Positions 1 through 10,122 of a DNA stretch of 64,000 bases are shown here, piece after piece; the stretch's first letter is position 1; each line of letters starts with the position of its first letter. The notes below the pieces were generated by a model. That model was not told the DNA's origin and ran no database searches. It was given only the letters and a program-made list of their open reading frames with translations. A program made the translations under genes and the position numbers. The DNA comes from Lama guanicoe (lineage: Eukaryota), in assembly GCA_013239625.1 (NCBI GenBank), contig MU053304.1, positions 1 through 64,000 of the forward strand, written 5' to 3'.

Positions 1-287
1 CAGATGCCCTTGGTCCCCTTCACTGAGCACACTCCTGCCTTAAGGCCTGAGCCTGCAAATAGCCACAGGCTCTTCCTGGAGGTGTCTGCCCGCACCTGCC
101 CCCTCCGCAGCACTGGTTTTTCCTTCCCTGCTGTCCACGCAGTCCCCATCTCCTGCCACACTAGTAACTCCATGTCTCTGAATTGTAAGTTCAACAAAAA
201 TACCGGACATCATAGGCACTCACTGTTCTTGATAAATGAGACAAAGGCCAAATCATATCACAACCCTGATTAAAAGCCTTCCCTGTT

Positions 288-454
288 GGGGGAGGACATA
301 GCTCAGTGGCAGAGTGCAGCTTAGCATGCACAAGGTCATGGGTTCAATTCCCAATACCTCCTCTTAAAAAAAAACCAAATAAATAAACAAACCTAATTTA
401 CTCCTGCCCCCAAAATAATAAAACATAAACATAAATTAAAAATAAAAATAAAAA
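288..454 (+). mobile_element. tRNA-derived SINE (camelid Vic-1-like)
   Basis: It has a GGGGGAGGACATAGCTCAGTGGCAGAG A-box, a GGTTCAATTCCC B-box, an AAACCTAATT-containing body and an A-rich tail. The family name is from recall. Confidence 0.85.
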
Positions 455-2784
455 CCACCCCTGGCTCTGAGGGCCACGGCACACACTGCACACTCTCCAG
501 CTGGTGTGGAGGCTCCCTGGTGATCTAACCTGCTCCCACCTCACGAACCTCTCCCTGCCTGTGCTCTGGGCCCTCTCTGATCCTCCTGACCTCCGCCCTT
601 CATGGCTCAGGTCAAGTACCTCCGAGCCCCCATTCCTTTGCCCTCCTGAGCCCACTGCCGGCCCTTTCGTCTTCTGCGCACCATCCCTTCATGGTGGGAA
701 TACACACTCCAGCCTCAGAACTGCCCTAGAACCTTGACCTGCACTGACATTGTTTGCATCTACAGCTCCCTCCCCCATGGTGACCCGAGGTGGCCCCTTG
801 AACAACCATGCAGGTGCTCCGGGACGGCTGAAGGGATGACCCAGTCTTCCTTTCTGACAAGGTTTGTGTCTCGTCACCTCTTCTAATCAACAATCCTTTA
901 TCCTGGGGCCACAGAGGACAGTCTTCCTCATTGAACCCATGGACCTGTGTCCCGCCAGCGCCCTACGTGTGGATGGTGTCAAGGACATTTGCTGAGGGAG
1001 TGGCTGCAGATGAAGGACGTGGCCGAGGTCAGGTGGGTAGGGCTCTGGGCCCTTTGCTCAGAGCCCACATGCAATGGGGGTGGGGAGGGCAGGTGCCTGA
1101 ACCCTGGACCCGGCTGGGCACAGTCTTGCTGTGTCACTTTGGCCAGAGACCTGCCTCCCTTCTGGGTGTGGCTTCAGCTTCTGTCCAGTGCGGTGGGGCT
1201 GGGCTGGGGCTGCTCTGGGTCCCGGGGCTCTGGGGCCCTCAGGGTGAGTCCCGCGCCCACACCGCCCACCCCGGCAAGCCCAGGCACCAGAGACCTTCCT
1301 CGCTGCCCAAGCTGCCTGTACTTCCCTGGAGGGGGGGGCGCTGGGGCAGCAAGGAGGGGTGTCCGGCCTGTGTCCATGCTGCCCGAGAGGGGCCCAGCAC
1401 GCTGACCCACCGCCTCCCTGAGGGCCCCTCCGTGGGGGCTCTGCTCTGCTCCCAGCTCCCAGGCTGGGTGGGACGGTCTTGGGGACAGTGCCAGGAGAGA
1501 GGGGCTGCTCCTCCTCGGGGCGGGGGGGCGGTTGAGGGGCTGGGGACAGGGCTGAGACATCTCCCCCTTGGTTCTCCCCGTCAGGCTGCCCAGGCTGCAG
1601 AAGCACCCAGAGACCTCCTCAAACACCAAACCACCAGACCAGACGTCCTTCCCCTCACAGACACCTGGTTCCAGAAGGCTTTGGGGCAGGAGCAGAGGGG
1701 AACGGTGGCCTCTGGGACATCTTGGGGCTGGCAGGATGGACAGACTGAAGGCTGGCTGAGGTGTTGGAGGAGGAGAGAAAGGAAGTTAGGGCAGGTGCGA
1801 TGAAGTGTCTCTTGTTCCCCTCTGGCCCCAGCCCTGTGCTGGCGGATGGGAGGTGGAGCTGGCTGGTGGCAAACTGAGGCAGCCAGGCCCAGTCACCCCT
1901 CCAGCCCTGGCCAGGCCATCTGAGAAGGTGCTGTATTGAAGTTTTCTTTGAAGAAAATGCGCTGAGACCAGATCAAATGAGGTGTTAATATCAACACCCC
2001 AGGAAACAGCCTGGTGGAACTGGGGCCTTGGTCATCATGGTTTTCACCTCGGTTTCTGGCAGCTCTTGGGGATGCCAACCTGTGGTTCCCTAGTTTGGTG
2101 TCCAAAGTAGAAGCTCAGGCTGAGGTCAAACCAGCAGAGCACAGAGAGCCACCGTGTGGCCTGCCAACTCTGTCTCTGGGTCCCCAAGGATGGTAGGATC
2201 AGTGGGTGCTCAGGCAGATCACCAGGCCAGGCCAGGGCCACCAGGAGCCCACTTCCCCCTCTCTGGTTGGGAAGGTCAGTCTCGGGGCCCCTCATCCCTC
2301 CAGCTGGCCCAGGCCTCACCCTCATGTTCCCTTGCAGCCGCCAGGCCGAGGGGTTGGGAGTGGAGGTGCTGAGGCACCAGCTGGCACTAAGGGATGTGGT
2401 CAGGGCCACCCAGAGCTCTGGCCTTGGAACTAGGGGTATGTGTCACAGGAGCCACGCCCCCTCTTGAGGCCACGGGGGCCAGTAGTCTATGAGGAGGTGG
2501 GGGTGGGGATGGACACAGCCAAGTGTGGCAGGGGGATGGGTGAGCCTGCCGTTTTGCATACTAATTAGGTTTCTCATCAGCCAGCATGAGGCCCTGGCAT
2601 CAATCTGCTGTGTGGCCAGCTGTGAATCATCCTGGAACTGATGGGGGTTGTCGAGGGTGGCAACCCCAGCTCAGCTGTGAGGGGTGGAGCCTGGGCCAGG
2701 TCCCATGTCCTGGGTCTATGGGGAACCCTGCCACCCTGGCCTCCCAGGGGTGCCCCACACAGCAGACAGCACTTCACACTTGAT

Positions 2785-2790
2785 TTTATT
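2785..2790 (-). terminator. Probable DIS3L2 polyadenylation signal AATAAA
   Basis: The + strand tttatt reads AATAAA on minus, about 280 nt after the stop. It is followed on minus by a GU-rich tract (GTGCTGTCTGCTGTGTGG) and preceded by a U-rich 3'UTR block at ~2965-3040. Confidence 0.75.
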
Positions 2791-3070
2791 CCATGACACT
2801 GATTTGCTGAAGACCGCTGGTTTCCTGGGCAGGCAAGGCAGTGAGAAATCTGGCAGAAGTGGGGCTGCCCTCCGGGGAGGACCGGGACTAGCTCTGCTCT
2901 GGTAAGTAATGACCAGCCCTCAGGTTTCCATCCAGCTCCACCCTCCACCCTCCACCCTCCAGTTTAAAAACTGAGCTGCAAAAAGAAAATAGAATGAAAA
3001 AATAAAAACAAACCCCTGAGTTATTAAAAATCAAATTAAAACTCCCCTTTGGTGTCAAAAGTTCCAATTC

Positions 3071-3280
3071 CTAAAAGCCAGTGGGCGGGGCAGTTGGGCT
3101 GGAGGGTTGGGCCAGGCTGGCGGCTTCAGTCCTCCTGCTGCTCAGCCTGCTCCTCACACCGCCCTCCACCTGCGGGTCCAAGAGGCCCTCGGTGCCTGGT
3201 CGCTTCAGGATGGCGCTGTACTTGAGAGCCGGGGCCTCTGCCTGCAGCACCACCTCCACCAGGCTGAAGATGGTGATGAC
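3071..3280 (-). CDS. DIS3L2: DIS3L2 terminal coding exon (eq. exon 21), [32 protein letters not shown]...PPTGF*
   Basis: It lies inside ORF 3071..3520(-), with acceptor tctcag|GTCATC and in-frame stop TAG at 3071-3073. The first ~32 aa match recalled DIS3L2; the tail is uncertain (see frameshift finding). Confidence 0.9.
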   Translation of the reverse strand, partial: VITIFSLVEVVLQAEAPALKYSAILKRPGTEGLLDPQVEGGVRSRLSSRRTEAASLAQPSSPTAPPTGF

Positions 3281-3954
3281 CTGAGACACAGCAGAGCCCG
3301 GGCATGGTGACAGGGGTGGGATGTGAGGGGCCAGCCAAGGGGACAGGAGGGGCAGGGACCTGCAGGCAAAGCCCAGCTGTGCCACTGTCCACCCAGGGGC
3401 CCCCGGGACTCCTGCTCTGTCTCTCCATCTTCTCCTGCCCATCTGTAAACTGAGCTTATTCAAGGACTGAGGCCATGGTGTGTGGTGAGAAGAAAAGGAG
3501 CCAGACGCTGCTGTGAGCACTGCCTGGGGGAAGGGGGCCTCAGGTCATGGAGGAACATCTGGGTCTGGGCTGGTCTTTGAAGCACATTGGAGGTAAAAAC
3601 TGTTTTCTTGGGTAGCAGGTCCCATCAGATTCTCAAAAGACTCCAAATGTTAAGAACCCAGCTTTAGAGGGGTAAGCAGAGGCCCCTTCCTCTCCCCAGG
3701 ATGTGTGTCTTCAAGGGAAGGAAGGTGGTGCCAGAAAGCTAGACCCAAAGAGGTTATGGGTAAGCTGCTGCTGGCCATGGAGGGTAGAACCTGAAATCCC
3801 ACCCAGGGGGGCCAGGGTGCTGAGGGAGACCAGGAGGAGGGCATGGGGATGCCTGGGGAGCATGTCCCAGGAGGCAGGAGGAGGGCCCATCAAGCACTGG
3901 GGGTGGACAGAACACAGCGATGTTCTGGAAAAGCAGTCCCGCCCCGGTTCTGAC

Positions 3955-4056
3955 CTGCTGCACTGGCTCCTGCTCCACGTCCTCAGGTTCCCAGACAAGC
4001 GTGAGTTCCGGCTTCTTGCCCACCTTCTGGAAGTGGTGTGACCGCAGGGGCAGTGC
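3955..4056 (-). CDS. DIS3L2: DIS3L2 coding exon (eq. exon 20), [34 protein letters not shown]
   Basis: It overlaps ORF 3754..4023(-). Boundaries are ccccag| and |gtcaga; 102 nt, phase 0-0. Confidence 0.95.
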
Positions 4057-5450
4057 CTGGGGGTGTACATGCCTGTGCCTCAGGCCCCAGGCTCTAGGTG
4101 CTGCCTCCTAACCTCTGATCCTGCAGGGCCCCAGATGCTTGGAAGCAGCCGCGCTCCCCTTGGTCCATCTCTGGCCTTGAGGGAGCTCCCTGCTCTGCTG
4201 TAGGGCAATTGTCTGCTTGACTTCTGATGGGTGGGGTCAATCCCCACCCTTGCCTCTTGCCTTTGGCCAGCTTCAGGAAGGCCAGGATAGGACATCTTTG
4301 CTGAGGGGTGGGGGCTGGGAGGGGCCGATGGTTCTGTGTGTTTTTTGGGGTAGGGGGTGGTAGCATTGGCAGGTCTGTCCTGGCTCATCAGGGCCTGACC
4401 TCACAGGGCTGATTCAGACTGGACATCCGTGGCTAAAGGGCTGACACCCACTATGGGCGCAGGGGCCATCAGCACAGACTGAGGGCTGGGTTGTTTGCAG
4501 AGATGACCTAGACCTGAACTTCCATTCTGCTCAATGAACTTCAGGTCAAGAGCCCTCTTTGATTCTAGCTGAACTCCACTGTGTCTCTTCTGCTTTGCTC
4601 CATTTTACAAATACCATGTTTATTCCACACTACGTGCTGGGCTCTGCAGTCCCCAAAGTGCTTTGGGTGTTGGGAAGTGCAAAGCCAAGGTCAGGGGCCA
4701 GGTAGTGGCTCACTAACCACAAGCTCAGCTGGAACAGGTCCCTCAGGTGACATCAGTCAGGCACCAGGTACCCTTGGAAAGAACCTCAAATAAAGAGACC
4801 CCCTCAAGGCGGGACCAAGGCAAGAGCTCGTCTCTTCCATCTTTTCAGGGGACACAGCTTCCAGAGTGGCCACAGGACATTTTCTCTGGTCTTTCCCTTC
4901 CTCATGTTCCTATAAAAAGTATCCTGAAGCCTGTTGACCCTGATATTCTATTCTGGTTATGGAGGGATCTGTCCTCGGGTCTCTTGAGTTCTTGAGAAAG
5001 AGGCCCAAGCCTGATCCTTGGCCAGGATCCCCCATCCCAGGCAGGAGCAGCTGGGTGTCTTGGCAGGGCCCATCGGGTAGACTTGGCTCTAGCACAGGCC
5101 ACAGCTGAGCGAAGGGCACAGTGTCACTGCCCCAGTGCGAACAGGGACAGCAGGGCCCTCGGCCTATGGCCCCATCCTCCATGCTAGTATGTCTACCAAG
5201 AACTGTCCCTGGGCCAAGACCTTACCAGGAGCTAGGGAGACGTAGTGAAGACCCAGTAGCAGGAACAGAGACACTCAGGTGGGAATGGAGTGTGCTAAGT
5301 GGACGTAGCTTGGTGTGTCTGTGCGGAGGATGGGGAGCACAGCGGCTGTGTGGCCCTGGGCACTCACATAGACACGCATCTGCACCCTGTAGCTGACTCT
5401 GCCTGCTGAGAAAATCCCTAACCACGGCCAGGGCAGCCCCCGGTACTTAC

Positions 5451-5555
5451 ATTACAGTAGATGCGCTTCTGCACCCCATAGCGCAGCACCAGCACGTCAA
5501 AGGCTTGGTTCAGGACGCCCAGCACCATGGCTTCCGACTCTAGGGGGCCACTCTC
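5451..5555 (-). CDS. DIS3L2: DIS3L2 coding exon (eq. exon 19), [35 protein letters not shown], start of the S1 domain
   Basis: Hand translation: ctgcag|GAGAGT...TACTGTAAT|gtaagt. 105 nt, phase 0-0. Confidence 0.96.
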
Positions 5556-5727
5556 CTGCAGGGTAGGGCTTCAGCCAAGGCTCGGCCACAGGATGTGGCG
5601 TTCCCCTAGGGCCCACCCCAACTGCTGAGGGTCCCTGGGCTCCTCCAGGGCTCCTTGTGAGCAGATGCCCAGGTCAGGGGTGGGGAGAGGTAGAGGAAGT
5701 GGAGGGGCACTGAGCTGGTGGCCTCAC

Positions 5728-5858
5728 CTTGACCAGGATGGCAAAGAAGAGGCCGGTGCTGAGCTCCTGCACGCGGTTGGACGCCATGCGGCGGTCGTTG
5801 CAGTGGTCTGCCTGCTTTTGCAGGGCATCGGGCTCCACATCTGGCGGCTCCCTGTAGC
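5728..5858 (-). CDS. DIS3L2: DIS3L2 coding exon (eq. exon 18), (G)[43 protein letters not shown]
   Basis: It lies inside ORF 5674..5982(-). Boundaries are ctcag| and |gtgagg; the 131 nt restore phase 0 after the 148-nt exon. Confidence 0.96.
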
Positions 5859-6250
5859 CTGAGCAAAGGGTGGTTGGGGGTCCACAGGTGGGTGCGCTGT
5901 GTGCTCCATCTGGCCAGGGCTGGGTGGTGGGCAGCATGGTGCCCCTGGCCCAGGCAAGGTAGGGCCTGGGGGGCCCAGGCATAGCTGAGGACTCCCTGCT
6001 GCCCAGCTCTGGAGGGCTGAGAAAGGTGGACTGGCCACGGTAAGGGTGTAAGGTTTAAGGAGGCCTAGGGTGGCTTCCCCTAGGGCCTGCTCACACAAGG
6101 AGAGTTTCTGGGCAGAGGCTCCCCCACTGCTCAGGCTGCCCACCCCTTGAAGCCTCCACAGTCATGGCAGGGCCTCCAGGCACCCACTCTGGGAGCAGCA
6201 GCCCTTAGCTGGGCACAGGCAGGCACTGCTCCCTCTGCTGCACCCCTTAC

Positions 6251-6398
6251 CGAGCGCAGCGGCCAGGAGGCGGTGCACCAGGACGTCAGCGAAGCGGCGG
6301 ATGGGAGAGGTGAAGTGTGTGTAGAGCGGCACGTTGAGGGCGTAGTGCCGGAACTGCGCTTGGTCCTGCAGCATCCCCGAGCAGAAGTACACGGCCAT
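6251..6398 (-). CDS. DIS3L2: DIS3L2 coding exon (eq. exon 17), [49 protein letters not shown](G)
   Basis: It lies inside ORF 6162..6689(-) and contains the RNase II/RNB signature HYAL...[13 protein letters not shown]. Boundaries are cccag| and |gtaagg; length 148 nt. Confidence 0.98.
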
Positions 6399-8760
6399 CT
6401 GGGGAGGGGGGCGGGTCTCAGAGCCTGGCCAGGCTGGGGCCAGCTGGGTGCGCTCTGCCAGGCTGGGAGACTCAGAGCCTCGCGATGGGCAGTCTGGGGG
6501 TGGGGACCAACCAACAGATAGGCAGCTGAGCAAAGTCAGGCAGCCCCGAGGAGGCTGGGGCTGTTCCGTCTGAGGGGACCCATGGGCTGCCATGAGGCGG
6601 GGCAGAGCCATGAGTCTCACGCCCTCTCCTGCTGAAGGCAAATGCAGGCCTTGCCCAGGGCTGCCCAGACCCCATGGCAGCAGCACCACTGAGAACAGGC
6701 CAGACAGCCCTCAGGGGCCCACCTGCCTCTGCTGGGGATGGGGGAATGGGGCTGTTGTTGGGAACCCCCAAGATGCTGGATGGCCTCCCCCTCAGAGGCC
6801 TGTGGGACCAGCCACACAAGCTCTCAGGGAGGGGAGACCATGTGCTGAAGTTGAGGGCAGCTGGGAGCACCTCATCCTCCCCTACAGGCGGTCACCGCTG
6901 AGTTTCAGGAGCTGTTACTGCCAGGAAGCAGGAGGCAGGAATAGTTTCTGGTTGGCCTCGTCCCCAGGAGAGGCCGGGGCAGTTACTCTGGAACGGGGAG
7001 GAGGGGGGGAAGCCCGCGGCCACGCTGGACCAGGAGCTGTAGGACTCTGCCAGAGCACCAAGCCCAACAGCGCCATGAGGCCAGAGCAGGAGGTGGGAGA
7101 GGAGGCCCAGGACCCAGGACCTCCACCACCCGGAGCTCTTCCTCTCGGCCCTGGCCCAGCCTTTGGTGGTGGATGACCCCCTGCCCTCTAGCCTGACCCC
7201 TGCCCTGCTGAAGGCCACGCCTGCACCCGGCACCTCTGTGCCCCTACTGCTCCACCTCTCCCCAGCCAAGGGAGGCAGCGCTCGGCCAGCCTCCCAGCCT
7301 CAGCCCTTCTTGTCCCTGACAACCTGTCCTGAGACCCAGGCCCACAGGTCTGAGTTCAAAGGCCCTCCTGTCGGGCAGGAGTTAGGACTGCAGCCCAGGG
7401 AGACATGCTGAGTTTCTCCAGGGCCCCAGATGCTGCTGTCCTGAGAGCCTTGGCCACAGTCCCCAAAGCTGCCACTGCTGCCTGGGAGCATGCGAACAGG
7501 TTCCCCAGCCACGGCCAATGTCACACCTCATGTGTTCACTCGCTCGCTCCCTGGCTGCCTGTTCACCCTCCCCAGTGCTCGGCCAGTGGACAGCCGGCTC
7601 CGGTTACTCTGTGTACGTCGGCCCTTGAATCCAGGACACAGCTGGTGGTGACCTGCTCGGCTGCCCAACTCCTCTTCCCTTCCAGCTCCTGCTGGGCCCT
7701 GGGTTACGTCTGGGGTAAGTCAGCGGGGGAGGTGGGAGCAGCCTGCACTCCCAGCCGTGTTTGGCCTTTGTTCTCAGCGGTGGCCCACTTCTCCAGATAA
7801 GCTGGGGTGAGGAGGACAGAGGGCCCCGGCTCCCTTCCTGGTTGGCGAAAGTGTCTCTGTGCAGGGTGGAATGGGTGGGGACCCAGAAGTGGAGCAGAGA
7901 CAGGGAAGCAGGTCACTGGCTGACATCAGATCCCCAGGCAAAGGCTGGCCTCTGAGGTCACTGGCAGGCAAGGCTAGGATAAGTCCAGTCTTTTGTAGGT
8001 TCCAGGTGACAGAGGAGAGGACCCCTCTCCTTGGAGCTCCAGGGCAGGTTTGGCCTTGGAGGTGGATGGCTTGCAGAGGCTGGGGGCAGGGAATGGGGCC
8101 CCACTGGCCCTGTATGTGGTGTAAAGCCCAGTGGCCAGAAAGGCACACGCCTCTATGCTGGGAGGCTCTATAGTGTGTGGTGTGGGGCTGACATTTGTGA
8201 CTGGTGGCAGGGTAAGGGCAGCCAGTCCCAAAGGAACCCTGATGGCTCCATTCCTGGCAGAGCTATGAGGTATAAGAAAATACATCAGCTGTGGCAGCTG
8301 AGGTGATCTGGTTCTTGTGAACAGACTGAATCTGCCGAGTGCCTAGCCCCTGAACAGTGGTCTATCTCTGCTGCCAGGCTGGGCTAGGGGTCAGAGCTGG
8401 TCCCATGAGCATCCACAGCTCCCACTGATCTGATAGTCCACTGAGGTGGCTCCTTCTCAAGATGCTCGGGCCCCACAGGGGCTGAAGCTCAGCCTCGGAC
8501 GGCTGAGACTGGCTGCCAGAACCAGGACTGTGTACCTCCCAGGCTGCCAGCTGTCATCCAGCTGCAGATGCAGGCCCACAGCCTGACTCCTCTTCTCCCA
8601 ACCTGCTGGCGAGAGGGAGATTTCTCTGCCTGGGGTCCACAAGCCCCAGTGGGGACTAAGGACCATTCCCCTGGGCAGGCCGCTCTGGGAGACTGACATT
8701 CTCTCCCCTCCAGGTCATGATCATGAGCTGCTGTCCAGGCCCCATTCCCTTCCCTGAGCT

Positions 8761-8785
8761 GGTCTGGTCTGGTCTGGTCTGGTCT
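8761..8785. repeat. (GGTCT)5 pentanucleotide repeat
   Basis: Directly visible as ggtct x5. Confidence 0.9.
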
Positions 8786-9104
8786 GTGGGGACGAGGCAC
8801 TGGAGGCTTGGTACATCCCCTGGGGGGCTCCCTGCCTACTGCCAGGGAACAGAGCCCCTGTGGCCATACAGGGGGAAAGCCAGTCTCAAACTGAGTCCTC
8901 TAACTGAGCCCCAGATAAGCTGTCCTGAGCAGAGGAGGCAGGCAGGTCTGAGCAAGAGGCAGCAGATCAGGCTCCCAAGGACCACCTATCCTCGGTGTTG
9001 CCTGGGGGCATCCTCCCCAAAACTCCCCTCAGCTTCTCTGAGCCCGCAGAGGTCTTGGGTGCTCCAGGGAGAAGGGAGACGATGGACGACTGGCCCTTCC
9101 TTAC

Positions 9105-9191
9105 CTGCATGGGCCGGGAGCACATGTTGGTAAGCACTTCCTTCCGGGCCAGTGAGTACTTGTCATCTCCAAATGTTTCAGTCAGACTTTT
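9105..9191 (-). CDS. DIS3L2: DIS3L2 coding exon (eq. exon 16), [29 protein letters not shown]
   Basis: Hand translation: ttctag|AAAAGTCTG...CCCATGCAG|gtaagg. 87 nt, phase 0-0. Confidence 0.96.
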
Positions 9192-9938
9192 CTAGAAGCA
9201 AACCCATGTGATGGCGAGTCAAGCCTGGGGAGAGGCTCTGGGAGGCCTGTTACCCGCTGATCATCTGAGACCTGGCTCTGGGGAGGAAAGGTCACCTGAG
9301 GGGCCCAGCCCTGCTCAGTTGGCCATGGCTGGGGTCTAGTGGGGCCAGGAGCCCCCAGCGTACGTCCCACACTGGGCCAGCCTCAAGGGCCCTGCTCTGA
9401 GGTCAGTCCTTCCATGCCTAGCTGGCTGACCTGAGCAGATTGGTTTGCAGCTGTCTGACCTAAGGCACCTCCCCAGCCACCCCAGGCTTGGAGCAGAGAT
9501 GGGGCAGTCTCCCTCCTGCAGGATCAGAGCTGAGGCCATGGACTCCTGAGCCCCATGATCTAGCTCTAGGTGGGGAGCACTTGACACCACTTACCATGAA
9601 AACCTTTCTCTGGCCTCCAATAATCCCAGTACCCTACTGTTAGCCTTCGGGTTCATGCCAAGGCCGTCCCTGGTCATAGGACCCCTGCCCACAGCTAAGC
9701 CTTGAGGGGCCTCTCTCAATCTGGTCCTGGCTTGGGCCACGCTCCTCACCAGGCCCTGTGACTGGGAGGCCTTGTTCCCAGGACCTCCATGCTCCATGTC
9801 CCCACCCCTCCGGCAGGGAAACCTGGCTGAAGGGAACCAACCCTGGTGGGAGGCAGAGGCTGTTGAACCCTCTGTTCCAGGCCTTCCTCCTCCTTCCCCA
9901 AGCAGGGCCTCCCTGACCCCTGTGCCCCCAGCACTCAC

Positions 9939-10122
9939 ATGGAGGGTCCCGGCCGAGCTGAAGTCCATGGGCAGCCCCATCTGGTCACAGAATTCCATCA
10001 GGTCATTGAGCATCTTGGTCTGGGGTGGGGGATGCCGGCGCAGTAGGGCTCGCTCGGGGAAGACGCGGTGGATCTTGTGGGCCACGGCCATGTTGGCCAA
10101 GAGCATGAACTCCTCCACGAGC
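9939..10122 (-). CDS. DIS3L2: DIS3L2 coding exon (eq. exon 15), [61 protein letters not shown]
   Basis: It lies inside ORF 9591..10268(-) and carries the RNase II-family [10 protein letters not shown] and LLRRHPPP motifs. Acceptor is tacag| and donor is |gtgagt; length 184 nt. Confidence 0.97.

Noticed and set aside
288..360. tRNA gene interpretation of the A-box/B-box sequences here and at 22090-22160
   Set aside because: Both have a shared non-tRNA body and A-rich tail, one has a TSD, and neither has an intact acceptor stem. They are SINEs.
931..1803. 290-aa + strand ORF, the longest in the track, and its overlapping ORFs
   Set aside because: It is G/P/R/W-rich with no recognisable domain and a non-ATG start. 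Several frames on both strands are open at once, which is typical of GC-rich non-coding DNA downstream of the gene.
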